NCBI GenBank assembly: GCA_951406725.2 | Contig: OX597840.1 | Span: 35,774,001 to 35,838,000, forward strand | Direction of reading: 5' to 3' | From: Octopus vulgaris | Lineage: Eukaryota | DNA length: 64,000 bases | Shown: piece after piece, positions 14,952-29,036 of the stretch | Numbering within the stretch: position 1 is the first letter of the stretch | Layout of the letters: each line of letters begins with the position of its first letter | Position numbers and translations under genes: made by a program | The notes under the pieces: model-generated | The model's database searches: none | What the model was told of the DNA's origin: nothing | What the model saw: the letters and a program-made list of their open reading frames with translations, nothing else

Positions 14952-15903
14952 TTCTTTTCTATCCTAGGCACAAGGCCTGCAATTTTGGGGAAGGGGGCTA
15001 GTCGATTAGATCGACCTCAGTATGCAACTGGTACTTAATTTATCGACCCCGAAAGGATGAAATGCAAAGTCGACCTCGGCGGAATTTGAACTCAGAACGT
15101 AGTGGCGGACGAAATACCTATTTCTTTACTACCCACAAGGAGCTAAACACAGATAGGACAAACAAGGACAGACAAACGGATTAAGTCGATTACATCGACC
15201 CCCAGTGCGTAACTGGTACTTATTTAATCGACCCCGAAAGGATGAAAGGCAAAGTCGACCTCGGTGGAATTTGAACTCAGAACGTAAAGACAGACGAAAT
15301 ACCTATTTCTTTACTACCCACAAGGGCTAAACACAGATAGGACAAACAAGGACAGACAAACGGATTAAGTCGATTACATCGACCCCCAGTGCGTAACTGG
15401 TACTTATTTAATCGACCCCGAAAGGATGAAAGGCAAAGTCGACCTCGGTGGAATTTGAACTCAGAACGTAAAGACAGACGAAATACCTATTTCTTTACTA
15501 CCCACAAGGGGCTAAACACAGAGAGGACTAACAAGGACAGACAAATGGATTAAATCGATTATATCGACCCCACTGCGTAACTGGTACTTATTTAATCGAC
15601 CCCGAAAGGATGAAAGGCAAAGTCGACCTCGGTGGAATTTGAACTCAGAACGTAAAGACAGACGAAATACCTATTTCTTTACTACCCACAAGGGGCTAAA
15701 CACAGAGAGGACAAACAAGGACAGACAAACGGAATAAGTCGATTATATCGACCCCCAGTGCGTAACTGGTACTTATTTAATCGACCCCGAAAGGATGAAA
15801 GGCAAAGTCGACCTCGGCGGAATTTGAATTCAGAACGTAGCGACAGACGAAATACCGCTAATAATTTCGCCACGCGTGCTAACGGTTCTGCCAGGTCGAC
15901 GCC
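14952..15903 (-). mobile_element. SINE family B head-to-tail array: one head, four ~184 bp units, terminal unit with a different tail
   Basis: Constant junction gaaatacc|tatttcttt at 15118, 15303, 15487 and 15671. Confidence 0.92.
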
Positions 15904-15911
15904 TTTAAAAT

Positions 15912-16078
15912 TCTTTTCTGCTCTAAGTATAATGCCTGAAATTTTGGGGGACGGTGCCAGTCGATTAGATCGACCTCAGTACGCAACTGGTACTTAATTT
16001 ATCGACTCTGAAAGGATGCAAAATTCAACCTCAGCGAAATTTGAACTCAGAACGTAAAGACAGACGAAATACCGCAAA
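15912..16078 (-). mobile_element. SINE B copy (tail type 2), 5'-truncated
   Basis: Same body; tail gcctgaaattttggggg. Confidence 0.8.
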
Positions 16079-16152
16079 GTGACAACAAAATAATGAAACC
16101 TCGGTATTAGATAAATAGAGGATTATTTATATATGTTATAATTTAGGTTGTC

Positions 16153-16218
16153 ATTATAGTACTCGGAGTTTCGAATGTTAGAGCGAAGAGCTACGATGTA
16201 TTCTCATCGGCTATTAAT
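16153..16218 (-). ncRNA. Type I hammerhead, U4C core variant
   Basis: uaauag CCGAUGA gaau...auuc GAAA cuc-c-gag UA cuauaau. Confidence 0.7.
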
Positions 16219-16475
16219 AGCAACAGACACTGTAAAAAACCGTTGAATAAAAGGAAAGTTACTCTAATACATAGAAAAAAGAAAAATAGATAAAAGATAA
16301 AAAATACACGCAACCATATTGTTACGATACATAGACATAAACCTCCTGCGTTCAGAACGTCTACATACGTACACACCCACCACAAACATGTATACGTACA
16401 AGCACATACACACACAAACATATATGTGTATGTACGTTCTCATACATACACACATATCCACACACACACGCACAC

Positions 16476-16525
<50 letters not shown>

Positions 16526-16742
16526 GTGCACAGCAATCTCATCCTCATACACATTTTCATTTTTTATTGTTTATATATATATTTTCATTTTTTCCATTTA
16601 TACGGACATGCATATGTTTGTATATATGCGGAAGTGTGAATGTACGTCTGTATATATATATATATTATGTTACGTGTATGCACGTAAGCATCTATATGTA
16701 TATAGATGAGGATAAGGTTGCGTACACATATACATACATACA

Positions 16743-16817
<75 letters not shown>

Positions 16818-16818
16818 A

Positions 16819-16857
<39 letters not shown>

Positions 16858-16884
16858 AAAATAAGCAACAAGAATGAATCCGGT

Positions 16885-16976
16885 AATTTAGTACAATTGT
16901 TTCGTACTACAACATTTTATTAAAAGCTGTAAATATTACAGCAGATTTAAGATGCTGAGTAATCTTCAGCTAATTT
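16885..16976 (-). ncRNA. Type I hammerhead with long stem II
   Basis: aaauuag CUGAAGA u-uacucagcau...auguuguagua-c GAAA caauug UA cuaaauu; palindromic stem III acaauugu. Confidence 0.78.
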
Positions 16977-17138
16977 TATATAGGTTTTCCAATAATATAA
17001 AAGCTTTCAAATCAATTAATAACATCATAGGGAAGGTAAATATACAGATAAAGATGTAGATATGAATCTCAGGAACATGAGATCGTGTGGTTCAGATGCT
17101 AACTGAACAAAACTTTGTTTTCATAGTGTCTGTTGCCC

Positions 17139-17203
17139 TTAATAGCCGAGGAGAATGCATCGTAGGTCTTCGCTCCGACATTCGAAACTCCGAGTACTAT
17201 AAT
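17139..17203 (+). ncRNA. Type I hammerhead, U4C core variant (inverted paralogue of 16153-16218)
   Basis: uuaauag CCGAGGA gaaug...cauuc GAAA cuc-c-gag UA cuauaau; predicted cut after 17196. Confidence 0.72.
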
Positions 17204-17249
17204 GACAACCTTCTACTGTTTGTAGTAAACTATAACACACGCACGCACG

Positions 17250-17315
<66 letters not shown>

Positions 17316-17328
17316 TACACACACAGTG

Positions 17329-17810
17329 AATATCATCTGGGTGATAACTTCATAGCGTGCGTTTCAAAGCTCCTATACGGTTACCGGCTATCATACGCTA
17401 ACATACAGCTGGATTACACCTTTTACTGGACATACATATACAACTCCGCTTGTGTACGCAGAATTTATACAAAAATTTGTAAAACGAGAAGACGGATTGA
17501 AGAGCCTTTACACAATTCACAGCAATTATTTGTGTGCATTGGTAACAGGTGTTAGTTGCTGAGTAATAGTACGATACGAAAAACCCAGCAAGAAACAGCT
17601 GTTACCAATGCACAGAAACATTTGTTGTGATTTGTGCTTAAAGCCATTTTCTTGTTTTACAATTTTCTATATACATTCTGTATACACTGACGGAATTCCA
17701 CACGTATATCTAGTTAAAGGAGTAATTCTTTTGTATGATAGCATATGATAGCCGGTAACCGTATTGCAGCTTTGAAATACAAGCTATGAGATTACTACGC
17801 AGATGATATT
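17329..17810. repeat. Old, diverged fold-back inverted repeat (~230 bp arms)
   Basis: atacggttaccggctatcata / tatgatagccggtaaccgtat and tgtgcattggtaacag / ctgttaccaatgcaca pair symmetrically around ~17570. Confidence 0.85.
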
Positions 17811-17841
<31 letters not shown>

Positions 17842-18054
17842 TTCTGTACCTAAGTTAGAGTACGTGTGTGAGTGCGTTGGTGTGTGCGTGTGTGTGTTGA
17901 TATGTGTGTGTGTGTGTGTTGTCAGGTTTATAAACTGTGTTGATTTTTTGAATGGACGTTGGATGCTTAGAAGAGTGAAATGGTTCAGAGGGAAATGAAT
18001 ATAGGCATTTCTGGGTTTGTGAGGAAGAATAAAATATAGAAATATGGAAGGAAA

Positions 18055-18101
<47 letters not shown>

Positions 18102-18158
18102 AAGCGTTATTGTGTGAAAGAGATTTAGAAAGGAAAATAAGAAAGTGAGTAGCGTTTG

Positions 18159-18231
<73 letters not shown>

Positions 18232-18369
18232 AGAAAATGAGAGAGTGATAGAGAGAGAGAGAAGGAGGAATAAAGCAGTGGGAAAGGGGATGGGACATGA
18301 AGGGGAGAGAGTTAAAACCTAGTGGGTGAATGGCAGAGAGGGTGATAGATAGATAGATAGGGAGAGAGT

Positions 18370-18404
<35 letters not shown>

Positions 18405-18699
18405 TGAGAAAGAAAGCAGAAAAGGAGAGAATGATGCAGGGAGAACTGCAGAGGATATTGAACCAGATGGAGATTTAGAGAGAAAAGTATCAATTTAGGA
18501 GTTTAAGAGAGGGAGAGAGAGGAATAAATAAATAAATAGAAATAGATAGAAAGATTGATATACAGGTAGATAGATACAAGGAGAGAGGGAGGGAGAGGGA
18601 GAGAGAGGGGCAAAGGCGGAGGAAGATGAAAGATATTTTAGAAAACAACATTTATAAAATCCACCCCTCCTCCAAACCACCACACATATATATACATAC

Positions 18700-18775
<76 letters not shown>

Positions 18776-19162
18776 GTATGTATATATATATATATATACA
18801 TATATAGTGAAACCGTATCAAACAGTGTGAATATAGCATGGCGGCCATATAATGTAGCTATATAAAATTCGGTAAAGAATTTTCAACAATAATAGGCGTA
18901 TAAACGCGTAAAGTATAGAGAAATGGGAGATAAACAGGTGCAGGGGAAAAGAAAAAGAAACAAAACAAAAACAAAATACACACAAAAACACATACGCATG
19001 CGCACATACAGATATATATGTATATATGATATATATGTACGTGCATATATTTTATTTATTAATTTATATATATATATATATATGTACATATATATACACA
19101 TATATTATATTATATATGCATATATATATATATCTACCTCTATAAACATAAACATATATTTA

Positions 19163-19208
<46 letters not shown>

Positions 19209-19338
19209 GTATATGTAAATGTTTATAGATGTGCATATATATACACACCAACATATGTATATATATATATCATATATAAATGTTTATAGATGTACACACA
19301 TATATATATATGTACATATATATATGCATCAACATATG

Positions 19339-19378
<40 letters not shown>

Positions 19379-19395
19379 TATACATACACATATGT

Positions 19396-19432
<37 letters not shown>

Positions 19433-19804
19433 TGCATCAATTTATGTATGTATGCGTGTATATATATACGCTTATGTTTGTTACGCTTGTGTATGTATGC
19501 GTATGTATGTATTGTGTATGTATGCATCTATATATTCGTATAAAGAGGTACGCTGCACATTTTATTGAAATCGTTAATGTTTTCGTTGGATGGGTGTTAC
19601 TAGGTGCACATTCTTGCATATATGCATACACACACACGCGTTTATACACAATATACAGATACACATATGCGAAAACACACGCACATACATACACACACAA
19701 AATGACTATACATCCGCACATATACACACATACACACATACACGTGAATACACATATGTGTATAAACGAACCTATGTATCTATTTTCGTGTGTGTGTATG
19801 TTGT

Positions 19805-19977
19805 GGCACTCCGTCGGTTACGACGTCGAGGGTTTGGTTCAATCAACGGAACAGCCTACTCATGAAATTAACATGCAAGTGGCTGAGTACACCACCGATA
19901 CGTATACTCAAAATGTAGTTCTCGGGGAGATTCAGCGTGATACAGTGTGTGACAAGGCTGGCTCTTGGAAATACAGG
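19805..19977 (-). mobile_element. SINE C 3' half
   Basis: gcactccgtcggttacgac...gtggctgag...gtagttctcgggga...gtgacaagg matches the reverse complement of the trimer unit. Confidence 0.8.
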
Positions 19978-19978
19978 C

Positions 19979-20061
<83 letters not shown>

Positions 20062-20063
<2 letters not shown>

Positions 20064-20623
20064 GAGACAAACACTTTCCTCTCTGGTCAATCTCTCATCA
20101 ACTTCTTCAAGTACCACTTGAAAAGGAAAGTGAGAGTAGAGAGGCAAGTTTTGTCTAGCGAATGTTTTAAAAAAAGATGGGTGAATGTAGCAAGGATGGC
20201 ACGTATGAATGACGAAGCCACCTTGAGCATAATCCTATGAACCCAGAAATTGAAAACAGAAGGTTACCCACTTGCAAACAAATGTGGTAAAATGTAACAA
20301 TATTAACCGAGGTTACCGTGGTCTTTTCCGTAGGCTTTTCTTCCCATGGATAAACCTTATCTGCTTCCCCCTTTACACCATTCATCATGATACTGTGATA
20401 CACGATCCCTATTGATCGTTCTTTTTCTTTTTCCCTTTTTCCTCCTTTTTTCTTTTTTCTTTTCTTTTGTTTCTTTTCCTTTTTTTGTTTTTTTTCTTCT
20501 TTCCCTTTTGCGATCCCTTTTGATCGAAAACCTACCCCACTTTTTTTCTTCCCCAAAAAAGAAAAGCTCTACTTTGTAATCTGTCCCATCTGTGTGCAGC
20601 CCTGTGTGGCTAATAAAGAATAA
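20062..20623 (+). mobile_element. 5'-truncated L1/Tx1-like LINE 3' end (ORF2 C-terminus plus 3' UTR) abutting (CTAT)n
   Basis: Non-repetitive frame ETNTFLSGQSLINFFKYHLKRKVRVERQVLSSECFKKRWVNVARM...* ending at 20240, T-rich UTR, AATAAA; family assigned from recalled motif only. Confidence 0.6.
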
Positions 20624-20959
20624 CATCTACCTATAAACATTTAAATTTAAGTTATTAAATCGTACGGGTTTGAAGGAAACCTTAAGCCTTGTTTAGGACA
20701 AAATCGTTGAAAGAAACTGTTAAAGACTTGAATGTTGCTCATCACAAAAATGGTGAAATTTTTGGATTATACTTTCCCTGCTGTGAGTAATATAAGGTAA
20801 TTTGGAATGCATGCAATAATTATAATCTAACATTCATCAAATTTCTTGGTGCTTATACAAAATGGTGAGATGAATATTAATTTTCAAATATTTATTACCT
20901 TAAAATAAATTTAATTGAAACAAATTTCTCGTTTGCATATCTACCTGCCAGCGTGCGAG

Positions 20960-21060
20960 TCTGACTGCGTGTCTGCCTGTCTGTCTAACTGTTTGTCTGA
21001 CTGTCTGGCTGACTATCTTTTTGCTGCCTACCTGCCTGTCTGTCAGTCTGTCTATCTGTC

Positions 21061-21094
<34 letters not shown>

Positions 21095-21210
21095 CCAATC
21101 TCTGTCTGTCTATTTGTCTATCTTTCTAGCTGTCTTTGTGTTTGGTTATCTTTCTGTGTGTCTGCCATTTTGTTTATCTGTCTATCTGTCTATTTCTGCC
21201 TGTGTCAGCC

Positions 21211-21257
<47 letters not shown>

Positions 21258-21380
21258 ATCTATTTACCTATCTACCCGTCTATCCATCCGCCTGTCTATC
21301 TGTCTGTCTGTCTCTCTCTCTTTCTCTCGACATATTTGTCTATCTACCCATCCATATCCATCCACCTGTCCATTTGTCTA

Positions 21381-21465
<85 letters not shown>

Positions 21466-21510
21466 CTACCCGTCTATCCATCCGCCTGTCTGTCTGTTTG
21501 TCTCTCTCTC
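20960..21510. repeat. (TCTG)n/(TCTA)n degenerate array
   Basis: Direct reading. Confidence 0.9.
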
Positions 21511-21873
21511 GCACAGACACACACACGCGCGCATCTCTTTCTCGCTCCTCTGTCTACCAACCTGTTTGTCAACCGAGGCACCCGTCTCCACATACCACAG
21601 TGTCCCCTACCCAACAGTTTCTCTACCCCCTCTGCCAGCCCCTTTGCCCGCCTCCTTATCCATCTCCTCTCCATTAGTCAGGATTTCACTGATGATATGT
21701 TCTGCGCAAATGCTTCTTAATGGCGGTTGTTCTCACACAGGCAGTCGTCGAAATGAAATCTTAGTTACTCCATCAATTAGATACAACGTTAATTAAAATC
21801 AGTTTCCAATGCTAATGGCGTCTCTAATTATTACATTCGCTATAACCATTCAGATGCGTTCATTCCCATGTAT

Positions 21874-21948
<75 letters not shown>

Positions 21949-22043
21949 CATATACATACATGTACACACATATATATATATATATATGCACACACACATA
22001 AATATATATTAAAAACATGTATATATATATACACATACATTCA

Positions 22044-22081
<38 letters not shown>

Positions 22082-22147
22082 GCTATCTATCTGTCTGTCT
22101 GCCTGCCTGCCTGCCGGCCTGTCTGTCTGTCTGTCTGTCTCTGTTTG

Positions 22148-22200
<53 letters not shown>

Positions 22201-22236
22201 TTAAATCAAAATAAGCAACAAGGCTATCCAGAGGTA

Positions 22237-22325
22237 ATGCAGTACGATCGTTTCATGCAACTCTATTTAATTGAACAATGCAATAATTACATCAATTTAA
22301 AATGTAGAGCAATCTTCAGCTGCAC
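22237..22325 (-). ncRNA. Type I hammerhead with long stem II
   Basis: gugcag CUGAAGA u-ugcucua...uagaguugca-u GAAA cgaucg UA cugcau; shares the terminus aaaataagcaacaag with the 16860 island. Confidence 0.82.
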
Positions 22326-22740
22326 AAAGACACAGAATTCAATCAAATTAGAACAGGTGGACACATTAGTATAATTATACCTAAAATCTCCAAGAAGTTA
22401 AGGAGATAGACAAAGAATATGTTGTACTTACAACAGCATAGCCGTAATTAAAAATTTTCAAGAGGACACTGCCTGTCACTGATTTTTTGTTTTTTTATGG
22501 GGTCATTTTTTAATTTATAGACTAGTTTATCAAATCCCTTGTATATTTAAGGCTGAGAGAAAACAGAGGGCAGTATCTGTTTAGGATAGGGTTGAGGGAG
22601 TAGACAGACATTCTAGATGGTATAGTCATAAAAATCAAGAGTTATTAGAAGCAATGTCATGAGGTTTAGTAAGGGAAAACATAAAACAAGGTGTTAGCTG
22701 ATAATTAAGGGGGTCGTCCACAGGCAGACTCTCTCTCTTT

Positions 22741-23152
22741 TCTCTTTTCTTTGTTTCAGTCATTTGACTGCGGCCATGCTGGAGCACCGCCTTTAATCGA
22801 CCAACTCGACCCCGGGACTTACTCTTTGTAAGCCTAGTACTTATTCTATCGGTCTCTTTTGCCGAACCGCTAAGTGACGGGGACGTAAACACACCAGCAT
22901 CGGTTGTCAAGCAATGCTAGGGGGACAAACACAGACACACAAACATACACGCACACATACATACACATATATATATATATACATATATACGACGGGCTTC
23001 TTTCAGTTTCCGTCTACCAAATCCACTCGCAAGGCTTTGGTCGGCCCGAGGCTATAGTAGAAGACACTTGCCCAAGATGCCACGCAGTGGGACTGAACCC
23101 GGAACCATGTGGTTGGTAAACAAGCTACTTACCACACAACCACTCCTGCACC
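22741..23152 (-). mobile_element. SINE A, full length
   Basis: Matches 2074-2456. Confidence 0.9.
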
Positions 23153-23345
23153 TATTGATAATGAAACAGGGGAAATCTTATGTAGTACTTTAGTTAAATA
23201 TTTTAAACAATGTTGCTATATTGTATACAGTTAAAGTTTAAGGTTATCCAAAAGATTATTAAGATGAATATTCTTCTTAATATTCTTTTTTTCTCTCTAG
23301 TTTCTGTTCAGAGCTGTGGCCATGCTGATGCACCACCGTTTACTA

Positions 23346-23514
23346 TAGTTGTGGCGAAAGAGTACAACAGGGGTCGCCACCACCCCCTGCCGGAGTTTCG
23401 TGGAGCTTTTTGGTGTTTTCGATCAATAAACACATACAACGCCCGGTCTGGGAATCGAAACCGCGATCCTCTGACCGCGAGTCCGCTGCCCTAACCACTG
23501 GGCCATTGCGCCTC
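23346..23514 (-). mobile_element. SINE C 5' half
   Basis: Reverse complement of the head at 12561. Confidence 0.85.
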
Positions 23515-24046
23515 TTTTGAATAATATGAACGAAGGAAATAAACTTTGGATAATATGAACCTAAATTAACGACAGGATAGCCACATCTGGAACGCCTTTG
23601 ATCATCTGTCTGCTGGATCAGGGTTGGCCTGGGGTCAAACAACAACAATGCATAACAATAAAAGGAACAAGGAAAGAGATATTGGATAACGCGTTCCTAA
23701 ATTAGAGGCAGGATGGTCATAGTTGGATGATCTTTGAATGAATTCCGTTGTCACTGTCGTAAGGGAGCACTTCGTAAATATGTAATTAATAACACTAGAG
23801 TTGTTTATTAACATGCAAAATGAAATTAATTAATTAATTAGTTAATTAGATTAACTTTGAATATCGAATTAAGCCCCGCGGTAGAATACAGGAACTCTTT
23901 AACACTTGGAGTACCGATCGAACCGTTTTTCGTTGTTATTTTGAAGAATTCACAACCACAGCAGCAACAAAGAAAAACAACAAAGAAAAACAACAAACAA
24001 CTACGTAAAAATAAAACAAATAATAAGGATAATTACCGTTTTTATT

Positions 24047-24434
24047 AGAGGCGCAAGGTCTGAAATTATGGAGGGAGGGGGACAAGATAGTTATGTCGAC
24101 CCCAGTGTTTCACTGGTAGTTATTTTATCGAATCCGAAACGATGAAAGGCAAAGTCAACCTCGGAGGAATTTGAACTCAGAACGTAAAGACAGACGAAAT
24201 GTCTGTTTCTTTACTACCCACAAGGGGCTAAACACAGAGGGGACAAACAAGGACAGACAAACGGATTAAGTCGATTATATCGACCTCAGTGTGTAACTGG
24301 TACTTAGTTTATCGACCCCGAAATAATGAAAGGCAAAGTGGACCTCGACGGAATTTGAACTCAGAACGTAGCGGCAGACGAAATACCACTAAATATTTCG
24401 CCCGGCGTGCTAACGTTTCTGCCAGCTCGCCGCC
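24047..24434 (-). mobile_element. SINE B dimer (type 1 unit joined to an older type 2 unit); further fragment at 24566-24676
   Basis: Junction at ~24203, the same position as in the other arrays. Confidence 0.85.
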
Positions 24435-24964
24435 TTTAGTAATAATAATAATAATATTGATGATGATGATGATGAAAACAACAACAATAACAACAACAAG
24501 AACATGAACAACAACAACAACAACAACAACCATTACCATCATCATCATCATCATCATCATCATCGTCCTTTCTACGAAAGGCACAAGGACTGAAATTTTG
24601 GGGGAGGGGGCCAGTCTATCAGATCGACCCCAGTACGCAACTGGTACTTTATTTATGGACCCCCGAAAGGATGAAATAATAATCTGCTCTCATGAAGAAG
24701 GAGGAGGAGGAGGAGGAGGAGAGCAATAATAATAAACACAATTGCAACAAGAGAAGGAGAAGGAGGAGGAGGAGAAGGACGAAGGGGAAGGAGGAAAAGA
24801 AGAAAGAGAAGAGGAATAATAATAATAATAATAATAATAAGAACAACAACAACAACGAAGTTAATGAGGAGAAACTGTAGAGGGTCAGACAGTGTGGAGG
24901 AAAAGAGAAGGCGATTGTGTGAGAGATTCATATCTTAGAGCTAAAACAGGAAGGACATAGGAAG

Positions 24965-25990
<1,026 letters not shown>

Positions 25991-26726
25991 AGAGTGAGCG
26001 TTTAATAAATGTGTATGCATATATATCCAGTATGTGTGTGCGCGCGTTTGTATGTGTATTTTGTGTGTGTGTGTGTGTATATATATATATACTTGTGTAT
26101 GGGAGAGACTTTATGCAATGCTAACAACAATCTTTAATGAACCAATTAAAAAGAGACATGATGATATATTAATTAATATTATAACGAAACTCTTATCGGA
26201 CGTCTTGGTCAATTGGATCTTTCTCCAACTGTCGCCCGAACAGCAATTATTACCAACATCAGCTTTGAGCTGGGAATCCAACAGCTGTAAACGCATTCTG
26301 ATTGCTTTCCTGGAGTGCTCTACTCATTACTGGCGCAGTTTATACTTGAAGTACGCGCCAACACAATGTTCTTCGGTAGACTCTGTCGATCGATGTTCTG
26401 TTCGTGAGAATACAAGGCGAAGGAATTGTCTCTGCGTGATAATTCAAAGTGTTCTTCACGATGAATAGTGTGTCGTTAGGATGGATGGCCTTACAATCTG
26501 CCGACAATCCTGGTTCGTGACGCAGTTTCGGTGCGAGTTTACTGGTTGGGACCACTCGTGTAGATAGTGAGTGTGCCGCCTGGGTTAGCTCCTGAGCCTT
26601 CGAGCTTATAGACGCTTATGTAGCAGCTCCTTAAAAGCATCGTCTTGGTTGGACCGGCCCCTCATCCTCTACCTAGTTATGCTACTGGCTGGATCCAGTG
26701 GATGGACGCATAACATCGCCATCACT

Positions 26727-27075
26727 AGTGATGGCGATGTTATGCTTCCATCCATTTCCCCACACGGTCTCAAACTCAACACGGAGGCCTACATCAAGTG
26801 CCTGGAAGAGGTAGTGCTACCCTGGGTGAAGAAGGTGGCTGCTGGAAAACCCTATGTCTGGCAACAGAACTCTGCACTATGCCAGACAAGCAGAGGAACC
26901 CAGTGATGGCTGTCAGACAATTTCTGCGACCACATCACCCCTAACATCAAGGAACCACTTGACTATGACGTATGGGGCGCAGTTGAGAAAGAGAGACCAA
27001 CCAAACTCCTTGTAACACCAAATATGAACTGAAGGTAAGGATTATGGCAGCATTCGCCAACTTAAACAAGGAGAG
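26727..27075 (+). pseudogene. Tc1/mariner-superfamily transposase catalytic fragment (maT/DD37D-like)
   Basis: DGDVMLP...YIKCLEEVVLPWVKKVAAGKPYVWQQNSA...WLSDNF...PLDYDVWGAVE with stop and frameshifts. Confidence 0.8.
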
Positions 27076-27137
27076 ATGTCAGTGTTATTACCATTTTTGC
27101 GTAATTTAGACGACAATTTATTCACCGCACCTTGTAC

Positions 27138-27207
<70 letters not shown>

Positions 27208-27337
27208 TATCTATATTGTATAGAGGGCATTATTACACATAAATGCCTCACACTAAGAGGGACAAAGTCATTACTACCAAAATTACACTAATCATACCTA
27301 AATGCAGTTCTTAGCAAGACATTTAAAAAATGAATTT

Positions 27338-27394
27338 AGTTTGTATCACCGTGATTTCACATTTAACTTACGTCTTATGATCCTCAGCAGAACT
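27338..27394 (-). ncRNA. Type I hammerhead (left-arm copy, 1 nt deletion in stem I)
   Basis: aguucug CUGAGGA ucau...augu GAAA ucac-g-guga UA caaacu. Confidence 0.72.
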
Positions 27395-27642
27395 GATTCT
27401 GAACACATAAATAAACCACCAACCTTACGTAGCGAAGACGAACAGACATCTACTCACTCGGCCAAGCACATGGAATGTTTATAAATCATATATCCGGTAA
27501 ATGGCGGGCTTTTTCGAACTGCATGTCGGGTAAGAAAAGTATTTCGGAATAAGTTTAAGCCCGCCATTTACCGGATATATGATTTATAAACATTCCATGT
27601 GCTAGGTAAGGTTGGTGGTTTATTTATGATGTGTTCAGAATC

Positions 27643-27700
27643 AGTTCTGCTGAGGATCATAAGACGTAAGTTAAATGTGAAATCACGGTGATACAGAACT
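27643..27700 (+). ncRNA. Type I hammerhead ribozyme, canonical core
   Basis: aguucug CUGAGGA u-cauaagac-guaa-guuaaaug-u GAAA ucac-g-guga UA cagaacu; stem I 7 bp; predicted cut after A27693. Confidence 0.85.
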
Positions 27701-27953
27701 AAATTCATTTTTTAAATGTCTTGCTTTGAAGAACTGCATTTAGGTATGATTAGTGTAATTTTGGTAGTAATGACTTTGTCCCTCTTAGTGTGAGGCATTT
27801 ATGTGTAAGAATGCCCTCTATACAATATAGATATAATTAATTTGTTCAAAAGTCCAAAAAACTATTTTCGAATTCATTTTCTTTTATGCGTTTTTGCTAA
27901 CTACCTGATAATTTCTTGTTAAGATTCCTTATTAAGAAGTTATCCTTAATTAA

Positions 27954-28011
<58 letters not shown>

Positions 28012-28104
28012 TACATACACACACACTTACATATAGACTTAGATATATACATACGCACCAACATGTATATATGTACATTTGAATATATACCGTATATATA
28101 CGTT

Positions 28105-28169
<65 letters not shown>

Positions 28170-28414
28170 CACATACATGTACAAATATATGATATATATA
28201 TACACACACAAACACACATGTACATATATATATGTATATATATATATATACACACACACACACCCACACATATATATATGTATGTGTACATGTAAATATA
28301 CCTCTGTACGTACACATGCGCGCGCACACACAGAGACATAGATATATGCATGTACTTCTGTAGGAAACGCTGAAGCTTCTTAAAGAGAGAGAAAGAGAGC
28401 GAGAGAGAGAGAGC

Positions 28415-28475
<61 letters not shown>

Positions 28476-28787
28476 ATAAGCTCTGTTGGTCCGTTTTTCT
28501 TGTGATGGTCATGCCAGTGTTGTCCAGTCGCGCGGGCTTTTGAGTCGCTTTCGGTTCTTCGGCGGCCGTTAACGCTATTTCAAGACTAAAGCGAAATCCA
28601 TTTCAGACGTCGAGTCTTATTGACAGCAAAAAGCACTCAGATGGCGTTGTTCTGAGAGAATCGCGTCTCTTCAATTAATTTTCTAATCCGTTCGGCCAGA
28701 AGGAATCACGAGAGCAACCGAATAAAGTTCCAACAATATACTACAACAACAACAACAATAACAGCGAAAACACGAGCAACACTACAT

Positions 28788-28826
<39 letters not shown>

Positions 28827-28969
28827 TACATATACATATACATATACATTCGCCATGATAGGCTCGAAGCGTAAAAGACTTTCTCAATTTCCGAGCGTTA
28901 AACTAATAAATCTGTTTGTTGCTTACACACCCGCCTTCGTCTTTTGTTTGTTTTTGTTGTAAATTCTCA

Positions 28970-29036
<67 letters not shown>

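Larger units (their letters stand above)
27209..27832. mobile_element. Young fold-back element, ~280-300 bp arms, 45 nt loop, one hammerhead per arm
   Basis: Arms 27209-27511 and 27557-27832 are near-perfect reverse complements; the left arm has a ~33 nt insertion; starts at a (TA)n tract. Confidence 0.9.

Noticed and set aside
14952-15903. CRISPR-like or retrozyme-like appearance of the regular 184 bp array
   Set aside because: No unique spacers and no CUGANGA core on either strand; the units are SINE bodies.
21681-21761. gatttca CTGATGA ... GAAA tgaaatc hammerhead-like motif
   Set aside because: Stem I closes directly after GAAA, leaving no stem III or cleavage triplet; chance or a deleted relic.
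26034-26468. 144 aa ORF as a host exon
   Set aside because: Starts in a microsatellite, no recognisable domain and no splice support.
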